Source: Thermoanaerobaculia bacterium
GTDB taxonomy: Bacteria > Acidobacteriota > Thermoanaerobaculia > UBA5066
DNA length: 64,000 nt
Direction of reading: 5' to 3'
Assembly (NCBI GenBank): GCA_963816185.1
Contig: CAWFJJ010000025.1
Span: forward strand, 32,001-96,000
Of the stretch, positions 52,710 through 61,353 are shown piece after piece. The position numbers were made by a program, and so were the translations under genes. The stretch's first letter is position 1, and each line of letters begins with the position of its first letter. The notes under the pieces are model-generated. The model was not told where the DNA came from. It worked only from the letters and a program-made list of their open reading frames with translations, and did no database searches.

Positions 52710-52828
52710 GAGACGAGACATGGACGTACAGACCGACGACGGGGACCTCAGGGCGTCACGCGGCCACGGGATGACCCCGGGAGCTGAGTCGATATCGTCA
52801 GACGCCCGTCGCCTGGGAGGCGAGACTC

Positions 52829-53665
52829 GTGAGTGAAGGCGCAATCCTCGTCTGGTTCCTGTTGACCGGGCTTTCCGTCGTCTTTGTCAGCGTGGATATC
52901 CGGAGCACGCCAGCGCATCCGGTACTGAAATGGGCCTTCACAATCCTCACGCTGTTTACCGGCCCGTTCGCCGCCTTTTTCTACGTACTTGGGTGCCGGG
53001 AGCCGCTCAAGGGGGCTCACGAGGCCTATGTGACAACTCGCTGGCGCCAGGTGCTCGGGTCGACGATGCACTGTGCCGCCGGAGACGGACTCGGTATCAT
53101 TGCAGGGGCAGCGGTCGCGGCCCAATGGCACTTGCCAGCGTGGGCCGACCTATCACTCGAGTACCTTCTCGGTTTCGGGTTTGGCTGGGCGGTCTTCCAG
53201 GCCCTCGCAATGCGCGAGATGGCGGGTGGCGACTATCTGCGCTCACTGAAGCTGACTTTCCTGCCCGAGTTGCTCTCCATGAATCTCCTGATGGCGGGAA
53301 TGGCGGTGACCATGCGTTTACTCGGCCCCCGTATCGACGGCAGCGCGAATCCATTGGACGGGGGGTTCTGGTTCGTCGTGTCGATGGCCCTCATCGCCGG
53401 GTTCATGCTCGCCTATCCGATCAACTGGTGGCTGGTCGCGAAAGGCCTCAAGCACGGGATGATTACGGTGCGGCCAGCCCTTCAGCCCGCGGAGCAAGCC
53501 CGAGCTGTTGCGGTCGAAAGGCCATCGCATGAGCACGCAGGTCCCGGCCTGGGCGAGCATCCCGCGGCCGCCGGCGCCTCGATGGCCTCGAAAGCAGGCA
53601 TGACGATCCTCACAATCGCATGCCTGATCATCGGGATCGCGTTCGCAGAATGGCTTGATCGTTGA
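52829..53665 (+). CDS. DUF4396-domain membrane protein
   Basis: STMHCAAGD, AYPINWWLVAKGLKHGM. Confidence 0.85.
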   Translation: MSEGAILVWFLLTGLSVVFVSVDIRSTPAHPVLKWAFTILTLFTGPFAAFFYVLGCREPLKGAHEAYVTTRWRQVLGSTMHCAAGDGLGIIAGAAVAAQWHLPAWADLSLEYLLGFGFGWAVFQALAMREMAGGDYLRSLKLTFLPELLSMNLLMAGMAVTMRLLGPRIDGSANPLDGGFWFVVSMALIAGFMLAYPINWWLVAKGLKHGMITVRPALQPAEQARAVAVERPSHEHAGPGLGEHPAAAGASMASKAGMTILTIACLIIGIAFAEWLDR

Positions 53666-53788
53666 GAGTGTCGTCGCTGGGAATGACCAGCGCTGCAACT
53701 CCTGAAGGAGGACATGCAAATGGGTCGGTTGCCCCGCATTGGCGCGATCATCCACGGCGTTGACAAGTCGTAGAACGCTGGAGAACCG

Positions 53789-56193
53789 ATGAATCTTCCA
53801 ACGCCGCCCTCGTCACCCCGTCCGGGACCGTGAAGGACCCCGTCTGCGGCATGGACGTCGACCCGGCCAGGACGAAGCACTCCATCGTCCACGAAGGGAA
53901 GGACTACTTCTTCTGCAGCGCGAGCTGCCTGGAGAAGTTCCGCCGCGAGCCCGAGAAATATCTTGTCGGGGGATCGGCCGGCGGTCACGAGCCGACGACA
54001 TCCGCGGCTCCCGCTGTCCCTGCGGCGCCCGCCGCCAAGGGTGTCGAATACACCTGCCCGATGCACCCGCAGATCGTGCGCGACGCGCCCGGGCTCGTGC
54101 CCGATCTGCGGCATGGCGCTCGAGCCGCGACGCGTCACGCGGCCGACGGAGGCGAACCCCGAGCTCGTCGACATGACGCCGGCGGTTCTGGATCGCGCGT
54201 CGCGCTGACCGTGCCGCTGCTCGCTGCTGGCGATGGCGCGACATGCTGCCGGGCCTGCCGGTGCGGCACGTCGTCTCGGCGCGGCTTCGACGCTGGCTCG
54301 AGCTCGCGCTCGCGACGCCGGTGGTGCTCGTGGGGCGGCATGGCCGTTCTTCGTGCGCGCGGTGCAGTCGCTCGCGCAACCGCAGCCTCGAACATGTTCA
54401 CGCTGATCGCGCTCGGCGTCGGCGTCGCGTATGTCTACAGCCTCGTCGCCACGCTCGCGCCCGGGCTCTTTCCCGCCGTCGTTCCGCGGACGCGACGGCG
54501 ACGTCGCCGTCTACTTCGAGGCCGCCGGCGTCATCGTCACGCTGGTGCTGCTCGGCCAGGTGCTGGAGCTGCGGGCGCGCAGCCGGACCGGCGCGCGCGA
54601 TCCGGGCGCTGCTCGGGCCTCGCGCCGAAGACCGCGCGCCGCGTCCGCGACGACGGCAGCGAAGAGGACGTGCCGCTCGACGACGTGCAGCGTCGGCGAT
54701 CGGCTGCGCGTGCGGCCCGGCGAGAAGGTCCCGGTCGACGGCGTCGTCCTCGAGGGCCAGCACCGTCGACGAGTCGATGGTCACCGGCGAGCCGATCCCG
54801 GTCGAGAAGAGCCCGGGCGACCGCGTCATCGGCGCCACCGTCAACGGCACCGGCAGCCTCGTGATGCGGGCCGAGCGGGTCGGCGCGCGAGACGCTGCTC
54901 GCGCGATCGTCCGCGATGGTGCGCGAGGCGCAGCGCAGCCGCGCGCCGATCCAGAGGCTCGCCGACGTGGTGGCCGGCTACTTCGTGCCGGTCGTCGTCG
55001 CTGATCGCGGTCGTGACGTTCGTCGTCTGGGCGCTGGTCGGGCCCGACGCCGCGGCTGGCGCACGCGCTCGTCAACGCCGTGGCGGTGCTGATCATCGCC
55101 TGCCCGTGCGCGCTCGGCCTGGCGACGCCGATGTCGATCATGGTCGGCGACCGGCCGGGGCGCGACGATGGGCGTGCTCATCAAGAACGCCGAGGCGCTC
55201 GAGATGCTGCAGAAGGTCGACACGCTCGTCGTCGACAAGACCGGCACGCTGACCGAAGGCAAGCCGCAGCTCGTCGTCCGTCGGCGCCGCCGAGCGGCGT
55301 CGACGAGGACGAGCTGCTGCGGCTGGCCGCAGCCTCGAGCGCGGCAGCGAGCATCCGCTCGGCGGCGGCGATCGTCGCGGGCGCCGAGGAGCGCGGCATC
55401 GCGCTCGCGCGCGGCGCAGCGAGTTTCGCGTCGATCACCGGGCAAGGGCGTCACGCGGCACGCGTCGAGGGCCGGCGCGTGGCGCTCGGCAACCGCGCGC
55501 TGATCGAGCGATCTGCGCGTCGATCGTCGGCGACGCTCGAGCCGAGGCGCGCGGCGCTGCGCAGCGAAGGGCAGACGGTCGATGTTCGTCGCGGTCGACG
55601 GGCAGCCCGCGGGCCTCCTCGGCGTCGCCGATCCGATCAAGGCCAGTCGACGCCCGAGGCGATCCGCGCAGCTGCACGCGGACGGCTCGCATCGTCATGC
55701 TGACCGGCGACAGCCGGACGCACCGCCGAGGCGGTCGCGCAGGAAGCTCGGCATCGACGAGGTCGATCGCCGAGGTGCTGCCCGGACAGAAGGCCGAGGT
55801 CGTCAAGCGGCTTCAGGCGCGAGGGCCGCATCGTGGCGATGGCGGGCGACGGCATCAACGACGCGCCGGCGCTGGCGCAGGCGCACGTCGGCATCGCCAT
55901 GGGCACCGGCACCGACGTCGCGATGGAGAGCGCCGGCGTCACGCTGGTGAAGGGCGACCTGCGCGGCATCGTCCGGGCGCGCGCGCCTCTAGCCGCGCGA
56001 CGATGCGCGAACATCCGCCAGAACCTCTTCTTCGCGTTCGTCTACAACGCGCTCGGCGTCCCGATCGCCGCCGGGCGTGCTCTATCCGTGCTTCGGCCTG
56101 CTGCTCTCGCCGATGATCGCCGCCGCGGCGATGAGCTTCAGCTCGGTGTCGGTCATCAGCAACGCGCTCCGGCTGCGGCGAGCGGAGCCGTGA
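53789..56193 (+). pseudogene. copA: Cu(I)-type P1B ATPase (CopA-like, YHS and metal-binding N-terminus), heavily frameshifted as given
   Basis: [49 protein letters not shown] and MSFSS spread over many frames. Confidence 0.9.
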
Positions 56194-56218
56194 CTCGGCT
56201 TGCCGCCATGATTTAGCC

Positions 56219-56723
56219 ATGCCGGGGGTCCGCACGGTGACGCCGTCGTATCGGCCCGAGCTCCGGCACGCGGTCATCCTCGAGCAGCACGGCGTTTCTA
56301 CTGCACTTCATCTGGGAATCACTGCAGTGCCGGGCGTTTTACGTACATGGCAGCTACGACGCGACCTGGCGCGGAATGACCGTGGCGGCGCTGGGAGACG
56401 TGGTCATGACCTGGGTGATCTACGGTGCAGTGGCCGCTGCCTCCAGGGCTTGGCGCTGGCCTGCGTCAGGCTGGCGGCGCCGCCAGTGGCTGACCATGGC
56501 CGTTGCCGCCGTCACGGTCGCAACGGTTGTGGAAGGGCGCGCGATTCTCACCGGGCGCTGGAGCTACCTGCCCATCACACCCCTGTTCCCCGGAACGCCG
56601 ATATCCATCGTCCCGGTGTTGCAGGTGCTTGTTCTGTCACCGGCCATCTTCGCCATTGCCGAAGCTCTCGAGCGGGCGGCTCAGCGGCTGCAACCGTCTT
56701 CGGCCCGGAAGAGGAACGCATGA
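56219..56723 (+). CDS. Hypothetical membrane protein with one apparent frameshift near 56283
   Basis: AFLLHFIWESLQ..ALGDVVM..GRWSY..P.LQ frame continues upstream of ORF 56376. Confidence 0.55.
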
Positions 56724-57457
56724 GATATCACTATGTGTGGTTGGCGTGGTCGAGCGCGTTCCTGCTGCCATGGCTCGCACTGTATCTGGGGAATCCTGGC
56801 CACCGCGGAGTGATGTTGCGCACGAGCTTCGCCACCGCGCTCCTTGGCCTCACGGAACCGATTTACGTTCCAAGATACTGGAACCCGCCGAGCCTCCTCG
56901 ACCTTGCTCAACGCACGGGATTCGACATCGAGAGCCTGGTCTTCGCCTTTGCAATCGGGGGCATCGGCAGCGCCTTGTACAACACGCTGGCGAGGCGAGA
57001 GCTCGCGCCGGTCAGCGCGGTGGAAAGGCACGGCTCGCGGCACCGCTTTCACCGCCTGGCTCTCCTCGCGCCGTTCGTCCTGTTCGTGCCCTTTACTTCC
57101 TGCCCTGGAATCCCATCTATCCCTCGCTCTCTGCTTGCTGATCGGCGTCCTTGCCTCGGTATCTGCCGTCCGGACCTGAGACGAAAGACCTTGATCGGCG
57201 GTCTCCTTTTTCTGGGTTTCTACGGGGTTTTCATGCTCGGGTTGCGATTGCTCTCTCCCGGCTACATCGAGGGGGTCTGGAACCTTCACGCCTTGAGCGG
57301 GATCCTGATCGCCGGGATCCCTCTCGAGGAGCTGGTTTTCGGCTTGGCTTTCGGCATGTACTGGACCGGCGCGTACGAGCACTTCACCTGGAGCAAGAGC
57401 GTGGGGCCGGGCTCCCGGACAGCCGGCCAGGGCTTGGTTCATCTGCATCAGTTGTGA
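56720..57457 (+). CDS. Lycopene-cyclase-domain-like membrane protein (local compensating indels about 57090-57160)
   Basis: TEPIYVP.YWNPP, GIPLEELVF; alternative frame gives YFLPWNPIYP. Confidence 0.6.
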   Translation: MRYHYVWLAWSSAFLLPWLALYLGNPGHRGVMLRTSFATALLGLTEPIYVPRYWNPPSLLDLAQRTGFDIESLVFAFAIGGIGSALYNTLARRELAPVSAVERHGSRHRFHRLALLAPFVLFVPFTSCPGIPSIPRSLLADRRPCLGICRPDLRRKTLIGGLLFLGFYGVFMLGLRLLSPGYIEGVWNLHALSGILIAGIPLEELVFGLAFGMYWTGAYEHFTWSKSVGPGSRTAGQGLVHLHQL

Positions 57458-57491
57458 TCTAAACCGCCTCTAATCTCCGGCCCCTATCTTG
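57437..57491 (+). promoter_or_regulatory. OmpR-type box plus -10, copy 3, preceded by GTTCATCTGCATCAG
   Basis: CTAAA-N6-CTAAT-N10-TATCTTG. Confidence 0.7.
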
Positions 57492-57562
57492 CCCTCGTGT
57501 TCTGCGACGTTCCCCGCCGCGTCCGCGGCGCTCAATCTACAAACTCACTCCAGGAGGTTCCC

Positions 57563-58261
57563 GTGCAAGATCCCCGTCACTTCTCCCCGTGGGCCCTAAT
57601 CACGCTCGCCGCGCCGCTTCTGCTCGGCTCCCCCGCAACATTTGCCGCCGGCCCGGGAGCACCGCCTTCACAGACCCCGATTCCTTCAGAGAAGGCCACG
57701 GCGGCAAAGACGGCCATGACCCCGGAGGAGCATCTCGCCAAGGCCGACGAGTACATGAAGGAGGCGGCCGCCTACCGTGCGGAAGCGGCGATGCACCGAA
57801 AAATGCTCGAGCAGTACAAGGAAGGGTTTCCGGCTACCGAGGGGCAGATCGAAGAGGCTTCCTACGTCAAGAAGATGCGGCTCCATTGCGAGGGCTATAT
57901 CAAGAAGGCCGAAGCTCTAGCCACCGAAGCCGAGAAATTCGCCGACTACCACCGGGAGCAGGCGGCCGAACTGCGGACGCCGGCCGTCAAGATGCCCGTG
58001 ACCGCAGGGGAGCACTTGGCGAAGGCCGAGGAATACGCAAAGAAGGCGGCCACCTACCGTGCGGAAGCGGCGATGCACCGGAAGATGCTCGCGGATTTCC
58101 GTGGTCAGGCCGCAACGGAGCGAGCTGACGAGGATCCCGGGCGCAAGGAGATGCGGATCCACCGCGAGGGCTTTATCAACAAGGCTGAAGCGTTGGCGAC
58201 CGAAGCCGAGAACTTCGCGGACTTTCACCGGATGCGGGCCGCCGAGCTGCAGGGAAAGTGA
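57563..58261 (+). CDS. Exported helical His/Met-rich protein with an internal tandem duplication
   Basis: AGGAGG RBS, signal peptide, two copies of EHLAKA.EY..YRAEAAMHRKML..KAEALATEAE.FA..HR. Confidence 0.8.
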   Translation: MQDPRHFSPWALITLAAPLLLGSPATFAAGPGAPPSQTPIPSEKATAAKTAMTPEEHLAKADEYMKEAAAYRAEAAMHRKMLEQYKEGFPATEGQIEEASYVKKMRLHCEGYIKKAEALATEAEKFADYHREQAAELRTPAVKMPVTAGEHLAKAEEYAKKAATYRAEAAMHRKMLADFRGQAATERADEDPGRKEMRIHREGFINKAEALATEAENFADFHRMRAAELQGK

Positions 58262-59397
58262 GCCGGGGCCGTGTGCGGCTGAACCAGAGCAAAAGCGCCC
58301 TGAACTCAGCCTGGCGATCTTTGCGCTTGTGGCACGCGTTGGTGGGCCTGGGCTTCGGCTTTCTCGTTCTGCATCCCGTCACGATGATCATCTTTCGGTG
58401 GCTCGACCCGCGCCTGGCTCCGGCCATGGGGTCCGACGAGATTCGATCGTTCCTGGACCCGGTCCTCGATTCGTTTCGGCCCGAGATGGCGCCCATGGGG
58501 CTGGTCTTCGGCTTCTTCTGCGCGGCTCTCGCCACGGTCGATGGCTACTATCGGAACCGACTCGGCCTACAGCTCGAGGTGAGCGAGGCATACCGCCTGG
58601 AGCTGGCCCGGCAGGCCGGGCTGCTACGCGAGAAGAACGACAATCTCGTGAGGCTCGAAGAGACAAACCGGCGACACACAAAGTTCATGGTGCACGACTT
58701 CAAGACGCACCTTGCAAGCATTCTCGGCTTCGCGGAGGTCCTTCTCGGCAAGGAGAGCACAAGCTCGGATCCGACGCGCGTCGAGGCCCTGACGAGGATC
58801 CGAAGGCAGGCGCTGCGGATGGCTGGGGCGGTCAAGGATCTTCTGGATTTCGCCCGACTTCGCGAGTCACCGGTGCTGCATCTCCAGCGAACCTCGGTCT
58901 CGATGCTGCTCGAGGAGGCGGCTCAAGACCTCTCGCTTCCGGTGCACCTGGGACAGGTGGAGGTCGCCTCCGGCGGCGGAGAGCGCCCGGATGTGATCGT
59001 GGACGCTCGCATCATCGAGCGAGTCCTGGTCAACCTCGCCTTCAACGCCCTCAGACACAACCATCCGGGGGCTCGCGTCGTTCTCGGCGCGCGTCCCGAT
59101 TTGGAGTCGCGTGGAGTTGCGTTCACGTGCGCGGACGACGGTCGGGGACTTTCACCGGCTGCTATGGCGTCGCTGTTCAAGGAAGTCGGAACGAAAGGCG
59201 ACACAGATCACGACGACGACGACTCGACGGGCTTCGGCCTCGCCTTCTGCAAGGCGGCGGTCGAGGCCCATGGCGGGCGCATCTGGTGCGAGAGCTCGGA
59301 GGGGCAGGGCGCCCGGTTCACATTCACCGTACCCCTCGAGCCGAAGGGAGCTGTCCATGTCGACAACAGCGAAGCGTCACATCCTGGTCGTAGATGA
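58258..59397 (+). CDS. Sensor histidine kinase
   Basis: VHDFKTHL, NLAFNA, DDGRG, GFGLAFCK. Confidence 0.88.
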   Translation: MSRGRVRLNQSKSALNSAWRSLRLWHALVGLGFGFLVLHPVTMIIFRWLDPRLAPAMGSDEIRSFLDPVLDSFRPEMAPMGLVFGFFCAALATVDGYYRNRLGLQLEVSEAYRLELARQAGLLREKNDNLVRLEETNRRHTKFMVHDFKTHLASILGFAEVLLGKESTSSDPTRVEALTRIRRQALRMAGAVKDLLDFARLRESPVLHLQRTSVSMLLEEAAQDLSLPVHLGQVEVASGGGERPDVIVDARIIERVLVNLAFNALRHNHPGARVVLGARPDLESRGVAFTCADDGRGLSPAAMASLFKEVGTKGDTDHDDDDSTGFGLAFCKAAVEAHGGRIWCESSEGQGARFTFTVPLEPKGAVHVDNSEASHPGRR

Positions 59398-59785
59398 CGA
59401 ACCCGATTTCGTCGCCTACCTCGTGGCCGTCCTCGAGGAGGGCGGGTACGCGGTGACAACGGCCTTCGACGGGGAACAGGCTCTCAGGCACGTGCGTGAC
59501 CTTCCACCCGATCTGGTGACGCTGGACATCAGCATGCCCCGGAAGACGGGCGTTCTCTTCTACCGCCAGATGAAGTCGGAAGAGAGACTACGCCCGATCC
59601 CGGTCATCGTGGTCACGGGTCTCCGACGGACCAACGCCTACGCCGCGCCGTTCATCGAGCGCTTCTTCGAGTTCGAAGGCCTCCCCGTTCCTGAGGCCTA
59701 TCTCGACAAGCCAGTCGACAGAAGTGCGCTGCTGTCGGTGGTGAAGGAGAACCTCACGGCGGCCAGGGAGGCCGTCGGGACGTGA
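59357..59785 (+). CDS. Single-domain response regulator
   Basis: ILVVDDE, LDISMP, YLDKP. Confidence 0.88.
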   Translation: MSTTAKRHILVVDDEPDFVAYLVAVLEEGGYAVTTAFDGEQALRHVRDLPPDLVTLDISMPRKTGVLFYRQMKSEERLRPIPVIVVTGLRRTNAYAAPFIERFFEFEGLPVPEAYLDKPVDRSALLSVVKENLTAAREAVGT

Positions 59786-59893
59786 ACGTGACGGGCGCGA
59801 CTTCGGCGCGCTGCCTCGTAGCGAAGGTGGCAGTGGAATTGCACCGCTGCGGGAGGTACCAGAAGACACCGCTAGCCTGAGGAGGCCCCGGAA

Positions 59894-60070
59894 ATGGCAA
59901 AAGACCCTGTTTGCGGCATGAGCGTCGACGACAAAGCCCCGCTGAAAAGCACGTATGCCGGAAAGAATTACCTGTTCTGCTCCGCTTCTTGCAAAGAGAA
60001 GTTCGACAAGGAGCCGGGCCGGTACGCGCCCGCTGCCGGGGGAGAAGCCCAACGAGAAAGGCGGACCTGA
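59894..60070 (+). CDS. YHS-domain protein (58 aa; not in ORF track)
   Basis: MAKDPVCGMSV..YLFCSASCKEKF; GGAGG RBS. Confidence 0.88.
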   Translation: MAKDPVCGMSVDDKAPLKSTYAGKNYLFCSASCKEKFDKEPGRYAPAAGGEAQRERRT

Positions 60071-60192
60071 TGCACGGCGGAGGATGGCTCGGGATGGGCG
60101 GGATGGGGTCTTACTGGCTCGTCCCTGCTCTGATCGTAGTTCTCGTGGTTTTCGCTTTGCTTCTCGTCAGGCGTTCGAGGGACGCCCGCTAG
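60070..60192 (+). CDS. 40-aa single-TM peptide MHGGGWLGMGGMGSYWLVPALIVVLVVFALLLVRRSRDAR
   Basis: TGATG coupling to the YHS gene; resembles the N-terminus of the SHOCT protein. Confidence 0.6.
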   Translation: MHGGGWLGMGGMGSYWLVPALIVVLVVFALLLVRRSRDAR

Positions 60193-60214
60193 AAGGCCGA
60201 GACGCATACGGCTT

Positions 60215-60682
60215 CTATGGCTTCGGTTGAGGCTCCGGATCGCGGTCGCCGGTGTCGAATGAGATCTTCCAGGAACCGTCCTTTTCTTTCTGCCACACCG
60301 TGAAGTAGTCGCCGGTCCTGACGACTTGTTTGCCGTCCTTCATGGTCGTGGACTTGTACCGACCCTTCGTCGTCCCGACGTTCCCGCCTCTCGAGATCTC
60401 CGCGTGCGAGGGCGACCACTCCAGCTTGAAGCCGGGTGTCGCGTACTGAGGGCCCATCTGCTTGCGGATCCCGTCCTTCCCGACGGCGACTCCGGTGGGA
60501 CCGTCGGGATGAACGCCGTTCTCGGCCCAGTTCTCGACCCAGGCCTCGATGCCGCGCGTCTGCGCCGCCATGGCGAAATCACGATCCGCCTTGAGCAGCG
60601 CCTCGCGTCCCGCGGCATCGTCCGCGTGAGCGGATGTGGCGATCAGCGTAGAGAGCAGCGAGAGTGCGAGGAACGTTTTCAT
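60215..60682 (-). CDS. Exported NTF2-like (DUF4440) protein
   Basis: Signal peptide, GDYFTVWQK..DGSWKI. Confidence 0.85.
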   Translation of the reverse strand: MKTFLALSLLSTLIATSAHADDAAGREALLKADRDFAMAAQTRGIEAWVENWAENGVHPDGPTGVAVGKDGIRKQMGPQYATPGFKLEWSPSHAEISRGGNVGTTKGRYKSTTMKDGKQVVRTGDYFTVWQKEKDGSWKISFDTGDRDPEPQPKP

Positions 60683-60831
60683 GAGACCTCCTGTAGCGCG
60701 GATCGTAATGCCGTCGAAGGACCGTGGTCGCTCTTCGAGCCTTTGGATCCGCCGCCGAACCCGTGGGGCGGTCGAGTAAAGCTCTTTCGGGATGACCGGT
60801 TTCGCCCTTCAGCTTATAGTCGAGGTGAGCC

Positions 60832-61239
60832 ATGACATCCCCGGCGCCCGCACCAAACTACGGCCTGACGAAACACCTTTCCGGCGTGACCTTCGACGAG
60901 GCCGTCCGGCGCGTCACGGAGGCCTTGAAAGCCGAGGGCTTCGGCGTGCTGACGGAGATCGACGTCCGGGAGACCTTGAAGAAGAAGCTCGGCGTGGACT
61001 TTCCCCGATACGTGATTCTCGGCGCCTGCAATCCCGCGTTGGCGCACCGAGCTCTCTCGGCGGATCCGTACATCGGACTCCTGCTTCCCTGCAACGTCAT
61101 CGTGATGGGGGCGCCTGACGCCACGACCGTTTCGATCGCGGACCCGCGCGCGATGTTCCGCATCGTCGACAAGCCCGAAGTCGCCCCGATTGCCGACGAG
61201 TCGGAGGCGAAGCTGAAGCGGGCGTTCGAGCGGCTCTAG
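60832..61239 (+). CDS. DUF302 protein
   Basis: GFGVLTEID, ILGACNP, GLLLPCNV. Confidence 0.92.
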   Translation: MTSPAPAPNYGLTKHLSGVTFDEAVRRVTEALKAEGFGVLTEIDVRETLKKKLGVDFPRYVILGACNPALAHRALSADPYIGLLLPCNVIVMGAPDATTVSIADPRAMFRIVDKPEVAPIADESEAKLKRAFERL

Positions 61240-61353
61240 CTCCCCGTAGCAGTTGACGTGTGAGCCACGCAGATGGGTCAGGGCATGATGCCCTAGGCCG
61301 CGTCGGGGGCGTCCCTACGTCGGCCCCCTCGAGCTGCTGGTACGCTGCGATCC

